A program made the position numbers and the translations under genes. Of a stretch of DNA of 64,000 nt, positions 50,160 to 62,956 are shown one piece after another (position 1 is the stretch's first letter; each line of letters opens with the position of its first letter). The notes under the pieces are model-generated. The model had not been told where the DNA came from. It did not search any database and worked only from the letters and a program-made list of their open reading frames with translations. The stretch comes from Gammaproteobacteria bacterium (GTDB lineage: Bacteria; Pseudomonadota; Gammaproteobacteria; UWMA-0217). The stretch lies in assembly GCA_026981985.1 (NCBI GenBank), contig JALSHZ010000031.1, positions 8,911 to 72,910 of the forward strand, in the 5' to 3' direction.

Positions 50160-51920
50160 ATGAGCGAACTGAAGGAAATCAAGATCCCCGACATCGGCGG
50201 CTTCGACGCGGTTGAAGTCATCGAAGTGCTGGCCGCGCCAGGTGACACTGTTGGCGTGGACGACTCTCTGTTGACCCTGGAATCCGACAAGGCGTCGATG
50301 GAGATTCCGAGCCCGGTAGCGGGTGTCATCCGTGAAATGCTGGTCAGCGTTGGCGATAAGGTGTCGCAGGGTGATGTGGTCGCCTTGGCTGAGGTTGGCG
50401 AAGCAGCAGGGGCGGTAGTGGAAGCACCAGCCGATGCCGCGCCGCCAGAGCCGGTAGCCCCCTCTGCTGCGCCGGCACCAGCGCCCGAGCAGTTCAGCGG
50501 TGAAGCCGATATCAGCGCCGAAGTCGTCGTGCTGGGTTCCGGGCCGGGTGGATACACCGCAGCTTTCCGCGCTGCTGATCTGGGCAAGAAGGTCGTGCTG
50601 ATCGAACGCTACGACAGCATCGGCGGGGTTTGTCTGAACGTTGGCTGTATTCCATCCAAGGCTCTGCTGCATGTTGCCGAAGTGATCACCGAGGCGGCGG
50701 AATTCTCGAAACTGGGTGTGAGTTTCGCGGCGCCGGAAGTCGATATCGACAAGGTCCGCGGCCACAAGGAAAAAATCGTTGGCCGGCTCACGGGCGGATT
50801 GCGTCAGCTGGCCAAGCAACGCAAGGTCGAGATCGTCACCGGCTACGGCAAGTTCACCTCACCGCATACCATCGAGGTGACGGCTGCCGATGGTGGTAGC
50901 AAAGTGGTGCAGTTCGACAACTGCATCATCGCCGCTGGTTCTCGGGTCACGAAACTACCGTTCATTCCCTGGGACGACCCGCGGGTGATGGATTCGACCG
51001 ATGCGCTGGCGCTGGAAGAAGTTCCCGAACGCCTGCTGGTGGTCGGCGGTGGCATCATCGGCCTGGAGATGGCGACGGTTTATCACGCGCTGGGTTCGAA
51101 AATCACTGTGGTCGAACTCTCCGACGGGCTGATGCCGGGTGCGGATCGAGATTTGATTCGACAGTTCCAGAAAGGTGTTAAGAAACGCTACGAAAACATC
51201 TACACCGGCACCAAGGTCACCGCGATCGAGCCAACGGAAGCGGGACTGCTGTGCCGCTTCGAGGGCGGCAAGGCGCCGGCTGAAGACACCTTCGACCGCG
51301 TGCTGGTCGCGATTGGGCGCAGCCCGAATGGCTTGCTGATCGATGCTGACAAGGCGGGGGTCGCCGTGGATGAGCGCGGCTTCATCGCCGTCGACAAACA
51401 ACAGCGTACCAATGTCGACCACATTTTCGCGATTGGTGACATCGTCGGTCAGCCGATGCTGGCGCACAAGGCAACCCATGAAGGCAAGGTCGCGGCGCAG
51501 GTCATCGCCGGACAGAAAACGTTCTTCGATGCCAGAACCATTCCCTCGGTGGCCTATACCGATCCTGAAGTGGCCTGGTGTGGCAAAACGGAAGACGAAC
51601 TCAAAGCCGAAGGCATCGACTACGAAAAAGGTGCATTCCCCTGGGCAGCCAGTGGGCGCGCGCTCAGCATGGGTGCCGCAGATGGCATGACCAAAGTCAT
51701 GTTCGACGCCAAAACCCACCAGATCCTCGGCGCAGGCATGGTCGGCAAGAATGCGGGTGAGCTGATCGCCGAAGCGGCGCTCGCCATCGAAATGAACTGT
51801 GATGTCGAGGACATCGCGCTGACCATTCATCCGCACCCGACCTTGTCGGAAACCTTCAACTTTGCTGCGGAAATGGTGGAAGGAACGATCACCGATTTGT
51901 ACGTGTCGAAGAAGCGCTGA
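50160..51920 (+). CDS. lpdA: Dihydrolipoamide dehydrogenase with N-terminal lipoyl domain
   Basis: LESDKASME, GGVCLNVGCIPSK, HPHPTLSE. Confidence 0.97.
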   Translation: MSELKEIKIPDIGGFDAVEVIEVLAAPGDTVGVDDSLLTLESDKASMEIPSPVAGVIREMLVSVGDKVSQGDVVALAEVGEAAGAVVEAPADAAPPEPVAPSAAPAPAPEQFSGEADISAEVVVLGSGPGGYTAAFRAADLGKKVVLIERYDSIGGVCLNVGCIPSKALLHVAEVITEAAEFSKLGVSFAAPEVDIDKVRGHKEKIVGRLTGGLRQLAKQRKVEIVTGYGKFTSPHTIEVTAADGGSKVVQFDNCIIAAGSRVTKLPFIPWDDPRVMDSTDALALEEVPERLLVVGGGIIGLEMATVYHALGSKITVVELSDGLMPGADRDLIRQFQKGVKKRYENIYTGTKVTAIEPTEAGLLCRFEGGKAPAEDTFDRVLVAIGRSPNGLLIDADKAGVAVDERGFIAVDKQQRTNVDHIFAIGDIVGQPMLAHKATHEGKVAAQVIAGQKTFFDARTIPSVAYTDPEVAWCGKTEDELKAEGIDYEKGAFPWAASGRALSMGAADGMTKVMFDAKTHQILGAGMVGKNAGELIAEAALAIEMNCDVEDIALTIHPHPTLSETFNFAAEMVEGTITDLYVSKKR

Positions 51921-51950
51921 ACGGTTTTTTCCATTCAATCGGGAGAAGGC

Positions 51951-52391
51951 ATGATTGACTATGCTGAATACGAAAAACAGCGTGAGGTGATCACGACGGC
52001 CAACAAAAAGCTGTTGGCCGAGTTTGAGCAATGGCTACGGTCGTCGGGGCTATCCGATAAAACCGTCGCAAATCATGTTGAAAATATCGATTTCTACATC
52101 AACGAATTCCTATTGTACGAAGATGTCCTTGAGCCAAGAGATGGCGTTGATGAAGTGTCCGAGTTCTTAGGATACTGGTTCATCAGAAAGGCGATGTGGG
52201 CAAGCAGGTCGAGTATCAAAGCCTATGGTGCCAGCCTGAAAAAGTTCTACGCTTTTCTGCTTGAAAAAGGCGAAATCGAAAAAGATGAGCTGGATGATCT
52301 GAAAGAGACCATCAAGGAGGGAATGCCTGAGTGGTTGGCGACACTGGATCGTTATGATGACCCTTCTGTCGAGGATGTTTGGCGTATTTGA
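51951..52391 (+). CDS. Hypothetical protein resembling a tyrosine-integrase N-terminal SAM-like domain
   Basis: FEQWL..GLSDKTV.NH...SLKKFYAFL; no catalytic domain; more AT-rich than flanks. Confidence 0.6.
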   Translation: MIDYAEYEKQREVITTANKKLLAEFEQWLRSSGLSDKTVANHVENIDFYINEFLLYEDVLEPRDGVDEVSEFLGYWFIRKAMWASRSSIKAYGASLKKFYAFLLEKGEIEKDELDDLKETIKEGMPEWLATLDRYDDPSVEDVWRI

Positions 52392-52479
52392 TGTGCATGA
52401 GCGGAAAAAGGGCAGAGGTGTCATCAAAGCCCTGTCGTCTGTTTTTCCGCCCTGATTCCTGAATTGAATCGTTGTCGAA

Positions 52480-52725
52480 TCAGACGGTACGGTTCCGCGC
52501 AGCGATTTCGTCACGCGCCTGGCGTAGCTCTTTTGCAAAGCCTTTCCATCGTTTGGAGCGAAATTCGCTCAGTGCCTCCACCGACGTTTTTGGGGCTTTG
52601 CGAATAACGATATGGTCACCTTCTATTTCAACGGTCAGACGGTCGCCGGGTTTAATGCCCATTTTGCGGCGCACTTCGGCGGGAACTACGATCTGAGACT
52701 TTGAACTTAGTGTCGAGGTTGGCAT
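52480..52725 (-). CDS. AbrB/MazE/SpoVT-family DNA-binding protein (antitoxin-like)
   Basis: LSSKSQIVVPAEVRRKMGIKPGDRL. Confidence 0.85.
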   Translation of the reverse strand: MPTSTLSSKSQIVVPAEVRRKMGIKPGDRLTVEIEGDHIVIRKAPKTSVEALSEFRSKRWKGFAKELRQARDEIAARNRTV

Positions 52726-52821
52726 GGTGGCCCCCAGTAAGCTTTACCTGTTCGTAACGCGTATCGCCTTCGGATTATGACGGCAATACTGCATCCTCCG
52801 CATCGGGGAGGTTGTTTCGTC

Positions 52822-53388
52822 CTACACAGCCTTCTGGCGCAACTCATCGAGCTGGCGCGCATGGATGTGCTTGATCAAGATTTCCATGTCGTCATCATGG
52901 AGGTGGCTGAATTTCACCACATAGGACCAGCCTTTGCCGCTGTTGGCGTCGGCGCGGATGATGTCGCCGAACACCAGAATGGGGACGCCGGAGGGGAATA
53001 GGGTGATGGTCAGTTCGATCTTGCTACCGGGCTGCATCGGGATGTCGCTGTGGAAGCGGATGCCGGAGGCGCTGAGGTTGACGTGATCCGTCGGTACGGC
53101 TTTTTTCAGGGCTTCCTTGCGTCCCATTGCGGCAGCGAGCTTCTGGATCTTGTCTTCGAGATAGGCGATATATTCGGCAATCTCAGGGTCGCGGCGGCGA
53201 ATTCTGATCAGCTTCGGCAGGTAGCGCTCACGTGCGATCAGAAATTCATTGACGATGCCGAAATCACGATGACGTTCGTCGAATAGCTGATTGGCGCGTG
53301 CTGACTCTTTCTCGTCGAGCGGGCGAATCGCCAGAGCAACACTGTCGTTGACGCGAAAATAGCCGCGTTTGTTATTTGAATTGCTCAT
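52822..53388 (-). CDS. PilZ domain protein
   Basis: KRGYFR (RxxxR) and VNLSASG (N/DxSxxG). Confidence 0.88.
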   Translation of the reverse strand: MSNSNNKRGYFRVNDSVALAIRPLDEKESARANQLFDERHRDFGIVNEFLIARERYLPKLIRIRRRDPEIAEYIAYLEDKIQKLAAAMGRKEALKKAVPTDHVNLSASGIRFHSDIPMQPGSKIELTITLFPSGVPILVFGDIIRADANSGKGWSYVVKFSHLHDDDMEILIKHIHARQLDELRQKAV

Positions 53389-53390
53389 GG

Positions 53391-53969
53391 TCAGATAGAC
53401 GAGACGCGCACGCTTTCCATCTGGCGTGACAGCAGGAATTTAATGAGTTCGTCCTGATCATCATCGCGAATATGGGTGAAATGCGCGGCGATGTTCCAGC
53501 TGCTATCGCCGCAGGTCGTCCTGATTTCTTCGAGCCTCACGACTTTGGCGAATATGACGAAGCGGAATCCGTTTTCGAGGCGAATGATCAACTCCAGCAT
53601 TGAACCGCTGGCGAATGCTTCGTCAAATGTGAAGCGGATGCCATCGCCGCTGATATTGACCAATTGCTTGTACACGTCACTGTCGCCAAAGTGCTGGATA
53701 TTGGCTCGGTCCCCCTCTTTGGGAATCCGTTTTTCCAGTTCCTGTATGTAGGCCAGAATTTCCGGGTAGCGGCGGCCCACCAGTGCTATGGTCGTGGGCC
53801 GTTCGAGCGGTTTATCAGGTTTGGCATTGGCTGCGTCGCATTGGGCGCAGCGTTCCCGATGGTGCTTTGTTAGTGCCTCTGCATTCGTATCTACCAGTGC
53901 CCGAACCTGCAGTTCGAGCGTCTCGTTGATGCGGAAAAAGGCGCGTTTGTTGTCGATCACCGTGGTCAT
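53391..53969 (-). CDS. PilZ domain protein
   Basis: KRAFFR and VNISGDG. Confidence 0.85.
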   Translation of the reverse strand: MTTVIDNKRAFFRINETLELQVRALVDTNAEALTKHHRERCAQCDAANAKPDKPLERPTTIALVGRRYPEILAYIQELEKRIPKEGDRANIQHFGDSDVYKQLVNISGDGIRFTFDEAFASGSMLELIIRLENGFRFVIFAKVVRLEEIRTTCGDSSWNIAAHFTHIRDDDQDELIKFLLSRQMESVRVSSI

Positions 53970-54877
53970 TTTTCACCCTTTCGCGTTGCAACGATATTGT
54001 CGGCCTCTTGCCGGCTATTGCTGCCCAAGTTGTTTTCTTCTGCTGAGGTCGGCATTTCGTCGAATACCATTTCAGCAGCACCCTCGTCGCTGCTGGTGTC
54101 AACGTTGATCTCGATGCGACGATTTCTCGCACGGTTGGTTGGTGTGTCATTCGGATGCAGTGGTTTGGTATCGGCGTAGGCCCGAATTTCCAGCCGTTCC
54201 GGCTCCGCAAACCCGTGCTTGGTGAGATAGTGCACCACGCTGGCGGCACGGTCAGCAGATAATACCCAGTTGGATGGGTAACGCTTGGTATGGATTGGGC
54301 GGTTGTCTGTATGCCCGGATACCATGATGCGACCGGTGCTCTGATTCAGCACATCTTTGATCTTGTCGAGTACCGGGAGGAAGGATTTTGCCAGTCTCGC
54401 AGCACCAGAAGGAAAAGAACCCTGCTCATTGATACGAATCATCAGAGTATCCTCTTCGACTTCGATCTCAAGCAAGCCATCTTTCACTTCTTCATTGAGT
54501 TTGCTGATCAGCATACTGACGGTATTTTTTACCTCTTCAGACTCGGTATCCAGACGATCGAGGTCCTTCTGAATAATGTCGACAGTTTTCTGCTGCACTA
54601 TCTTGATCGGCGTAAACTCAGGTTTCCCTGGTGAGAACTCCTGGGCGATAATACTCTCCCCGAGTGGTCTCTCCCCATCGGGAACGATTCGTTGTACACC
54701 AAAGGCATCCCGCAGTGATCCAGCTGCTTTTTGAAATTTCACTGAATCCATGATGGAAAATGACAGCAGCAGAACAAAAAAGCACATCAGCAGGGTCATC
54801 AGGTCGGCGAAAGTCATGACCCACGCTGGAATACCCTCTTCGCACTCTTCGCATTCACATTCGCATTCTTGGCTCAT
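53966..54877 (-). CDS. pomB: Flagellar stator PomB/MotB
   Basis: WVMTFADLMTLLMCFFVLLLSFS; GHTD, SNWVLSADRA, NRRIEI. Confidence 0.92.
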   Translation of the reverse strand: MSQECECECEECEEGIPAWVMTFADLMTLLMCFFVLLLSFSIMDSVKFQKAAGSLRDAFGVQRIVPDGERPLGESIIAQEFSPGKPEFTPIKIVQQKTVDIIQKDLDRLDTESEEVKNTVSMLISKLNEEVKDGLLEIEVEEDTLMIRINEQGSFPSGAARLAKSFLPVLDKIKDVLNQSTGRIMVSGHTDNRPIHTKRYPSNWVLSADRAASVVHYLTKHGFAEPERLEIRAYADTKPLHPNDTPTNRARNRRIEINVDTSSDEGAAEMVFDEMPTSAEENNLGSNSRQEADNIVATRKGEK

Positions 54878-54883
54878 GACGGC

Positions 54884-55648
54884 TTACTTCTTCTTTTTGT
54901 CGGATTCGCGTTTTTCGGCTGGTAAATAGGCAACCAGCATCTGCTTCAATACACGCGGATTGGTGCCTTCCTGAATGGCATTCACCGATTCGAGAATCAG
55001 CTGTTTATTGAGTTTTTCAGTTTCTGCAATTGCTGTGAGTTTTGCCGCAATTGGGCCGGCGATGGCGTTGGCAATAATGGCGCCATACAAGGTGGTCAGT
55101 AGTGCGACCGCCATTGCAGGACCAATGGACTTGGGGTCGTCCATATTGGCGAGCATTTGCACCAGTCCGATCAGCGTGCCGATCATGCCCATGGCAGGGG
55201 CGTATGCCTCGACGGACTTGAACATCTTGATGCTGGTTACCTGCCGCTGAATCTCCAGGTTGATGTCCTTGGAGAGCATTTTTTGCACGATGTCGGCAGG
55301 ATGGCCGTCGATACACATGCGAACACCCGCAGCAAGGAAGTCGTCGCTGATTTTTTTTCCCTCAAGCGCCAGGATGCCTTCTTTGCGTGCCACATTGGCC
55401 AGCTCCACCGCTTCTTCTATTAACTCCTCGGGTGGTATTTCCTTGTGCATGAAGGATTTGATACCGATCTTGAAAGAGCTGAGAAACTGGGGTAGCGATA
55501 TCTGCATCAGGGTTGTAGTGAGTGTTCCCCCAATAACGATAATGAGGCTTGGGATATTGAAAAATATGCCCGCGCTCCCCCCGAGTATGATGGCACCAAT
55601 GATGACGGCAAAGGCGCCGATAAATCCGAGTAATGTAGCCAGATCCAC
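54884..55648 (-). CDS. pomA: Flagellar stator PomA/MotA (GTG start)
   Basis: ARKEGILALE, APAMGMIGTLIGLV, IGPAMAVALLTTLYG. Confidence 0.93.
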   Translation of the reverse strand: MDLATLLGFIGAFAVIIGAIILGGSAGIFFNIPSLIIVIGGTLTTTLMQISLPQFLSSFKIGIKSFMHKEIPPEELIEEAVELANVARKEGILALEGKKISDDFLAAGVRMCIDGHPADIVQKMLSKDINLEIQRQVTSIKMFKSVEAYAPAMGMIGTLIGLVQMLANMDDPKSIGPAMAVALLTTLYGAIIANAIAGPIAAKLTAIAETEKLNKQLILESVNAIQEGTNPRVLKQMLVAYLPAEKRESDKKKK

Positions 55649-55760
55649 GACTTTTCTCCTGAATGACGATGGTCTTGTCTTCGCTTAATGCTGCGAAGCC
55701 GTGTTTTTTGAAAATTGTTTTAGGCCTGGGTGAAGCCAGTTTCATGCCTGATTGTCACGC

Positions 55761-55787
55761 TTATCGGCCCGCAACGCTTTTCCTGAA
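55761..55787 (-). promoter_or_regulatory. Sigma28 (FliA)-like promoter for pomA
   Basis: Minus strand TTCAGGAAAAGCGTTGCGG-GCCGATAA; perfect -10 box. Confidence 0.6.
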
Positions 55788-55959
55788 GACTGGTTTGAAA
55801 AAAATCGTTGGGATATCGGGAGTCGGTCAACTATTCGTTGTTATTTCGAAAGGCAAACAGGTGGATGGTCGGTTGCAACTGTTTTTGTTTGGCTATAGAA
55901 GCGGTGATGGTTTGCCGCTATATTGCCGCCTCGTTCTGGAGGGAATATTTTTCGCGCAC

Positions 55960-55990
55960 AAAAAAAAGCGGCCATGGAAGCCATGGCCGC
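55960..55990 (-). terminator. Intrinsic terminator of the 56012-56329 gene
   Basis: GCGGCCATGG-CTT-CCATGGCCGC followed by T8 on the minus strand. Confidence 0.85.
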
Positions 55991-56011
55991 ACCAATTTCG
56001 CCAGAAATCGG

Positions 56012-56329
56012 TTAGTCATCCAGAATGAACTCTTGCAGGTCATCAAGTGAGTAAAACTCTGATCCTCTGATGAAGCCTGCCCCGACAGTATCTTTCAGTT
56101 CAGACGCCCTCCCTTGGTCGTCCCACCCCTCGATCCATTCGGGGGGAAGGTTGTCCAGCGTATGAACCAATGCGATGCTGCCATCGGAGTTTAAGGATAG
56201 GTGCGTTTCTCCAGTATCAAAATCCCTGAATCCCGGCATGAAACCGAAGCACAAGTTACCGAAACTTACTCCTGGCATTCGATTGTACAACTTGCGCTGC
56301 TCGAGAACCTCTGCTGTATCAATCAGCAT
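56012..56329 (-). CDS. Hypothetical protein
   Basis: GAGG RBS, own promoter and terminator; GFMPGFRD..TGETHLS...GFIRGSEFY. Confidence 0.75.
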   Translation of the reverse strand: MLIDTAEVLEQRKLYNRMPGVSFGNLCFGFMPGFRDFDTGETHLSLNSDGSIALVHTLDNLPPEWIEGWDDQGRASELKDTVGAGFIRGSEFYSLDDLQEFILDD

Positions 56330-56420
56330 CGAATTACCTCTCTTGCAAGCGTTGTTATTGTTGTTGTGTCGACCGCCCGCAGCCGTGGCCACAAACCACA
56401 TGCTTGCGCAGTCAAGAGGG

Positions 56421-56447
56421 TTATCGGCCCCAGGCGAATTTCTTTAA
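56421..56447 (-). promoter_or_regulatory. Sigma28 (FliA)-like promoter for the 56012-56329 gene
   Basis: Minus strand TTAAAGAAATTCGCCTGGG-GCCGATAA. Confidence 0.65.
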
Positions 56448-56583
56448 GCGCGAAAAACGCCGTTTTGGGTAGCGCTTCACAGAAAGCCCCTGGTTCTGTC
56501 GAAAATTGGGGATAGACTGCGCTAAAGATGAATGGGCGGTATACTTCTGCGGTTTGACGGCTAGTAACGGGCGGCTATATCAG

Positions 56584-60273
<3,690 letters not shown>

Positions 60274-60355
60274 TTCGGTGTCTGCTGGACCAGCCTGGAA
60301 CCGCCAGCGATTCATCGGCAACGTTGGGCCTGAATAGCGTGGGTCGTATGCACCC

Positions 60356-60784
60356 ATGAACAGACTCTTTGCACTGCTCTTTCCTGCCCGGTATCGCTAC
60401 CTGCCCGCCAGTCGTCTGCTCAATGTGTCGCTGCGGTCACTGCATATTCTTGGGTTTTCAGTGTTCACCGGCGGGTACTGGTTTGGGCAGCCAAACGGTG
60501 AGCTTGCGCCATGGCTCTGGCTGGCGATGGTCAGCGGTGGATTGATGGTGCTGATCGAGTTGTACGGCAGTTTCAGTTTTGTCGTCGAGCTGCGGGGGCT
60601 TGCGGTGTTCCTGAAACTCGGCTTGTTGGCATTGGTGCCCGCCGTTGGTGAGTATGGTGTTTGGCTGCTGGCCACGGTGATCGTGCTCGCCTCCGTGACC
60701 AGCCACATGCGCGGCAAGTATCGGCATATGAGTATTTTGCCCGCCGATACGATTGAACGACTGGCAGGGCGCGTCAGTTCCTGA
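60356..60784 (+). CDS. Hypothetical 4-TM membrane protein
   Basis: LRSLHIL...SHMRGKYRH; four hydrophobic segments. Confidence 0.7.
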   Translation: MNRLFALLFPARYRYLPASRLLNVSLRSLHILGFSVFTGGYWFGQPNGELAPWLWLAMVSGGLMVLIELYGSFSFVVELRGLAVFLKLGLLALVPAVGEYGVWLLATVIVLASVTSHMRGKYRHMSILPADTIERLAGRVSS

Positions 60785-61208
60785 CCACTGGGTTGCCCTT
60801 GCGAATCCAGTCGGTGATGCCGCGTTCCACGTTGTAAATCTTCTTGTAACCAAGCTGCTGTGACAGCATTTTGCTGGCGACGGCGGTGCGGTTGCCGGTA
60901 CGGCAGATCAGCACGACCGGTTTGTCGGGATCGGTGATGGCCTCGAACTTCTCCTGGAAGTCGGGCACGACGCGGCCGTTGCGGTCGAACAGCGTGATCT
61001 TGTGGGAGCCCTTGACGATGCCGGTCTGCCGCCACTCTTCCGGACGGCGGATATCCACCAGGGTGACGCCCTGTTGCAGCAGTGATTTCAATTCCTCGTT
61101 GGACACATTGGTATACCCGTGTACGGCCTCGGCGTCACGGCTGCAAGCGGCTAACAGGCCGACTGCCAGCAGCAGGATCATCAGGAAGGTGTTGCGCGTT
61201 GTTGTCAT
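60774..61208 (-). CDS. Rhodanese-like lipoprotein
   Basis: LAAC lipobox; VDIRRPEEW, ICRTGNRT, GITDW. Confidence 0.88.
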   Translation of the reverse strand: MTTTRNTFLMILLLAVGLLAACSRDAEAVHGYTNVSNEELKSLLQQGVTLVDIRRPEEWRQTGIVKGSHKITLFDRNGRVVPDFQEKFEAITDPDKPVVLICRTGNRTAVASKMLSQQLGYKKIYNVERGITDWIRKGNPVVRN

Positions 61209-61422
61209 CGTCTAAGGCTCCATTTTGGCTGCGAACGAGTACGTTAGCGGTACCGGCTTGGATGCGCCGGTGCACAGGGGGATTCAAAGCCCGGTGGTGG
61301 TGATTGTCCAGATTGCCGTTTGGTAATGTGGGATTCCACGTTTCGGTCAGGATGTTCTTGCATGCGACACTGTAGCCGCCTATGTTGAACGGCATCGTTG
61401 TCACTGATTGGAGAGAATATTG

Positions 61423-62337
61423 ATGTTCAATATGAAAACCCTGTTTACATTGGTTGTGGTTGCGCTTGTTACAACCGTTTTTGTTGCTCCTCCTGCTGAA
61501 GCCAAGCGGCTCGGTGGCGGCAAGAGTTTTGGTAAAAGCTATCAATATTCCCGTCCGGCGAAGCAGCCGGCAGCACCAGCACAGTCGGCTCGTCAGCCCA
61601 GCCAGGCGCAACAGGCAGCCGGCTCCGCGGGAAAGACAAACCGTGGCGGCATGATGGGTATGCTCGGTGGCCTGGCTGCCGGTGGTTTGCTGGCAGCGCT
61701 GTTTTTTGGCGGCGCTTTCGAGAACATCAACTTTTTCGATATCTTGCTGCTCGGTGGGTTGGCCTTGGGTGGTGTGGCGCTGTTTCGGGCAATGCGTCGT
61801 AACGCAGCAACGGCCCATCCTCGAGAAGCAGCAGCTGGTCCGGCAGGATATCAACCACCGCCGGCGCCCGAGGTGCAGACGCGGCAGTCCGCCAGTGGCG
61901 GTTTTCAAGTGCCGGAAATCGGTTCAGGGCTGAAAGGCGAAGCATTGTCGGCACAGCCGGACTGGTTTGATGAAAATGCGTTCATGGCGGAAGCAGCCAA
62001 CCATTTCATGACCCTGCAAAAAGCGTGGGACAGCGGTGATATGTCCTTGATTGAGGAATACGTCACCCCGGAGTTCCTGGCGTATATCAGCAAGGAGCGG
62101 GCAGCCTTGCCGGCGCAGCAGGAGACGAAGATCATCGACCTGCAACCTCGATTGCTGGATTTGCTACGCGATGGTGACAAAGTCGTGGCCGCGATCCTGT
62201 TTCAGGGGTATGAGCAGGAGCCAGGTGGTGAACCCGAGGCTTTCGCCGACATCTGGCACGTAGAGCATCCGGCCGATGATCCGAATGCCGACTGGTTGCT
62301 GGCAGGCATCCGCAAGTTGGATGACGTTGACAGCTGA
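61423..62337 (+). CDS. Tim44-domain protein
   Basis: AEAKRLGGGKSFG, GGLAAGGLLAALF, LQKAWD, WLLAGI. Confidence 0.88.
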   Translation: MFNMKTLFTLVVVALVTTVFVAPPAEAKRLGGGKSFGKSYQYSRPAKQPAAPAQSARQPSQAQQAAGSAGKTNRGGMMGMLGGLAAGGLLAALFFGGAFENINFFDILLLGGLALGGVALFRAMRRNAATAHPREAAAGPAGYQPPPAPEVQTRQSASGGFQVPEIGSGLKGEALSAQPDWFDENAFMAEAANHFMTLQKAWDSGDMSLIEEYVTPEFLAYISKERAALPAQQETKIIDLQPRLLDLLRDGDKVVAAILFQGYEQEPGGEPEAFADIWHVEHPADDPNADWLLAGIRKLDDVDS

Positions 62338-62420
62338 GCGTGCAAGGTAAAACAAACCCAGGGTGTGCGCGCGATGAGCGTGCGCACCCTTATGCTTATG
62401 TGCTGACTGGATGTCGTCGA

Positions 62421-62606
62421 TCAGAGCGCTTTTGTCCGGCGCTTGCCGCAGCGTTGGCAGCGCCATGCGGTGACTAGCTTCCCCAACTTCACGTCGAATT
62501 TCTTGTCACTCTCAAGCACCCACTTGTGAAACCCCCGTCGACAAAGCGTATTACCCTTGTGTTTCTCCTGCAGCGAGGGTTTCTTGAATGCGATGACCTT
62601 GCCCAT
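62421..62606 (-). CDS. Small putative zinc-binding protein
   Basis: LCRRGFHKW...CQRCGK. Confidence 0.65.
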   Translation of the reverse strand: MGKVIAFKKPSLQEKHKGNTLCRRGFHKWVLESDKKFDVKLGKLVTAWRCQRCGKRRTKAL

Positions 62607-62621
62607 GAATGGAAGTCGGGA

Positions 62622-62942
62622 TCAGCCGATCTTAGCGTTACCGCCGTCGAGGCAGGGCGGCGATTCCGGGGCTTTTCCGCTGCGCTCGAACCATTGGTCC
62701 GGCGTATAGGTGTGCAGCGCCAGGGCGTGAATTTTCTGTAATTCCTCTTTCAGTGTCTCGTTGACGAGGCGGTGCTGCTTGATCAGCGGCAGACCATCGA
62801 AGGCGGCGCTGACCAATGTGATTTTGTAGTGCGATTCGGCATCGGGTGGCACGTTGTGCATATGGGTTTCGTTCTCCACTTCCAGATGCACAGGGTCGAA
62901 GGTTTCCTTCAGTTTGGTCTCAATGGTTTCCTGCATGCTCAT
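62622..62942 (-). CDS. bolA: BolA-family protein
   Basis: ESHYKITLVS, HRLV, IHALALHTYT, SPPC. Confidence 0.92.
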   Translation of the reverse strand: MSMQETIETKLKETFDPVHLEVENETHMHNVPPDAESHYKITLVSAAFDGLPLIKQHRLVNETLKEELQKIHALALHTYTPDQWFERSGKAPESPPCLDGGNAKIG

Positions 62943-62956
62943 GGCGTTGGTTTCCG

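Noticed and set aside
50160-50400. Lipoyl domain on LpdA as a novelty
   Set aside because: Known architecture in several proteobacteria.
46733-52031. Long antisense ORFs (533, 589, 358 aa; likewise 1009..2049, 13419..14843, 21451..22635)
   Set aside because: Shadows of well-supported genes on the opposite strand, expected from GC-rich codon bias.
55731-55750. Sigma54 -24/-12 site before pomA (AGGCATG-N4-TGGCT)
   Set aside because: Weak match; the adjacent perfect sigma28 -10 box is a better explanation.
56400-56583. Riboswitch upstream of metH
   Set aside because: No SAM, SAH or cobalamin consensus recognisable.
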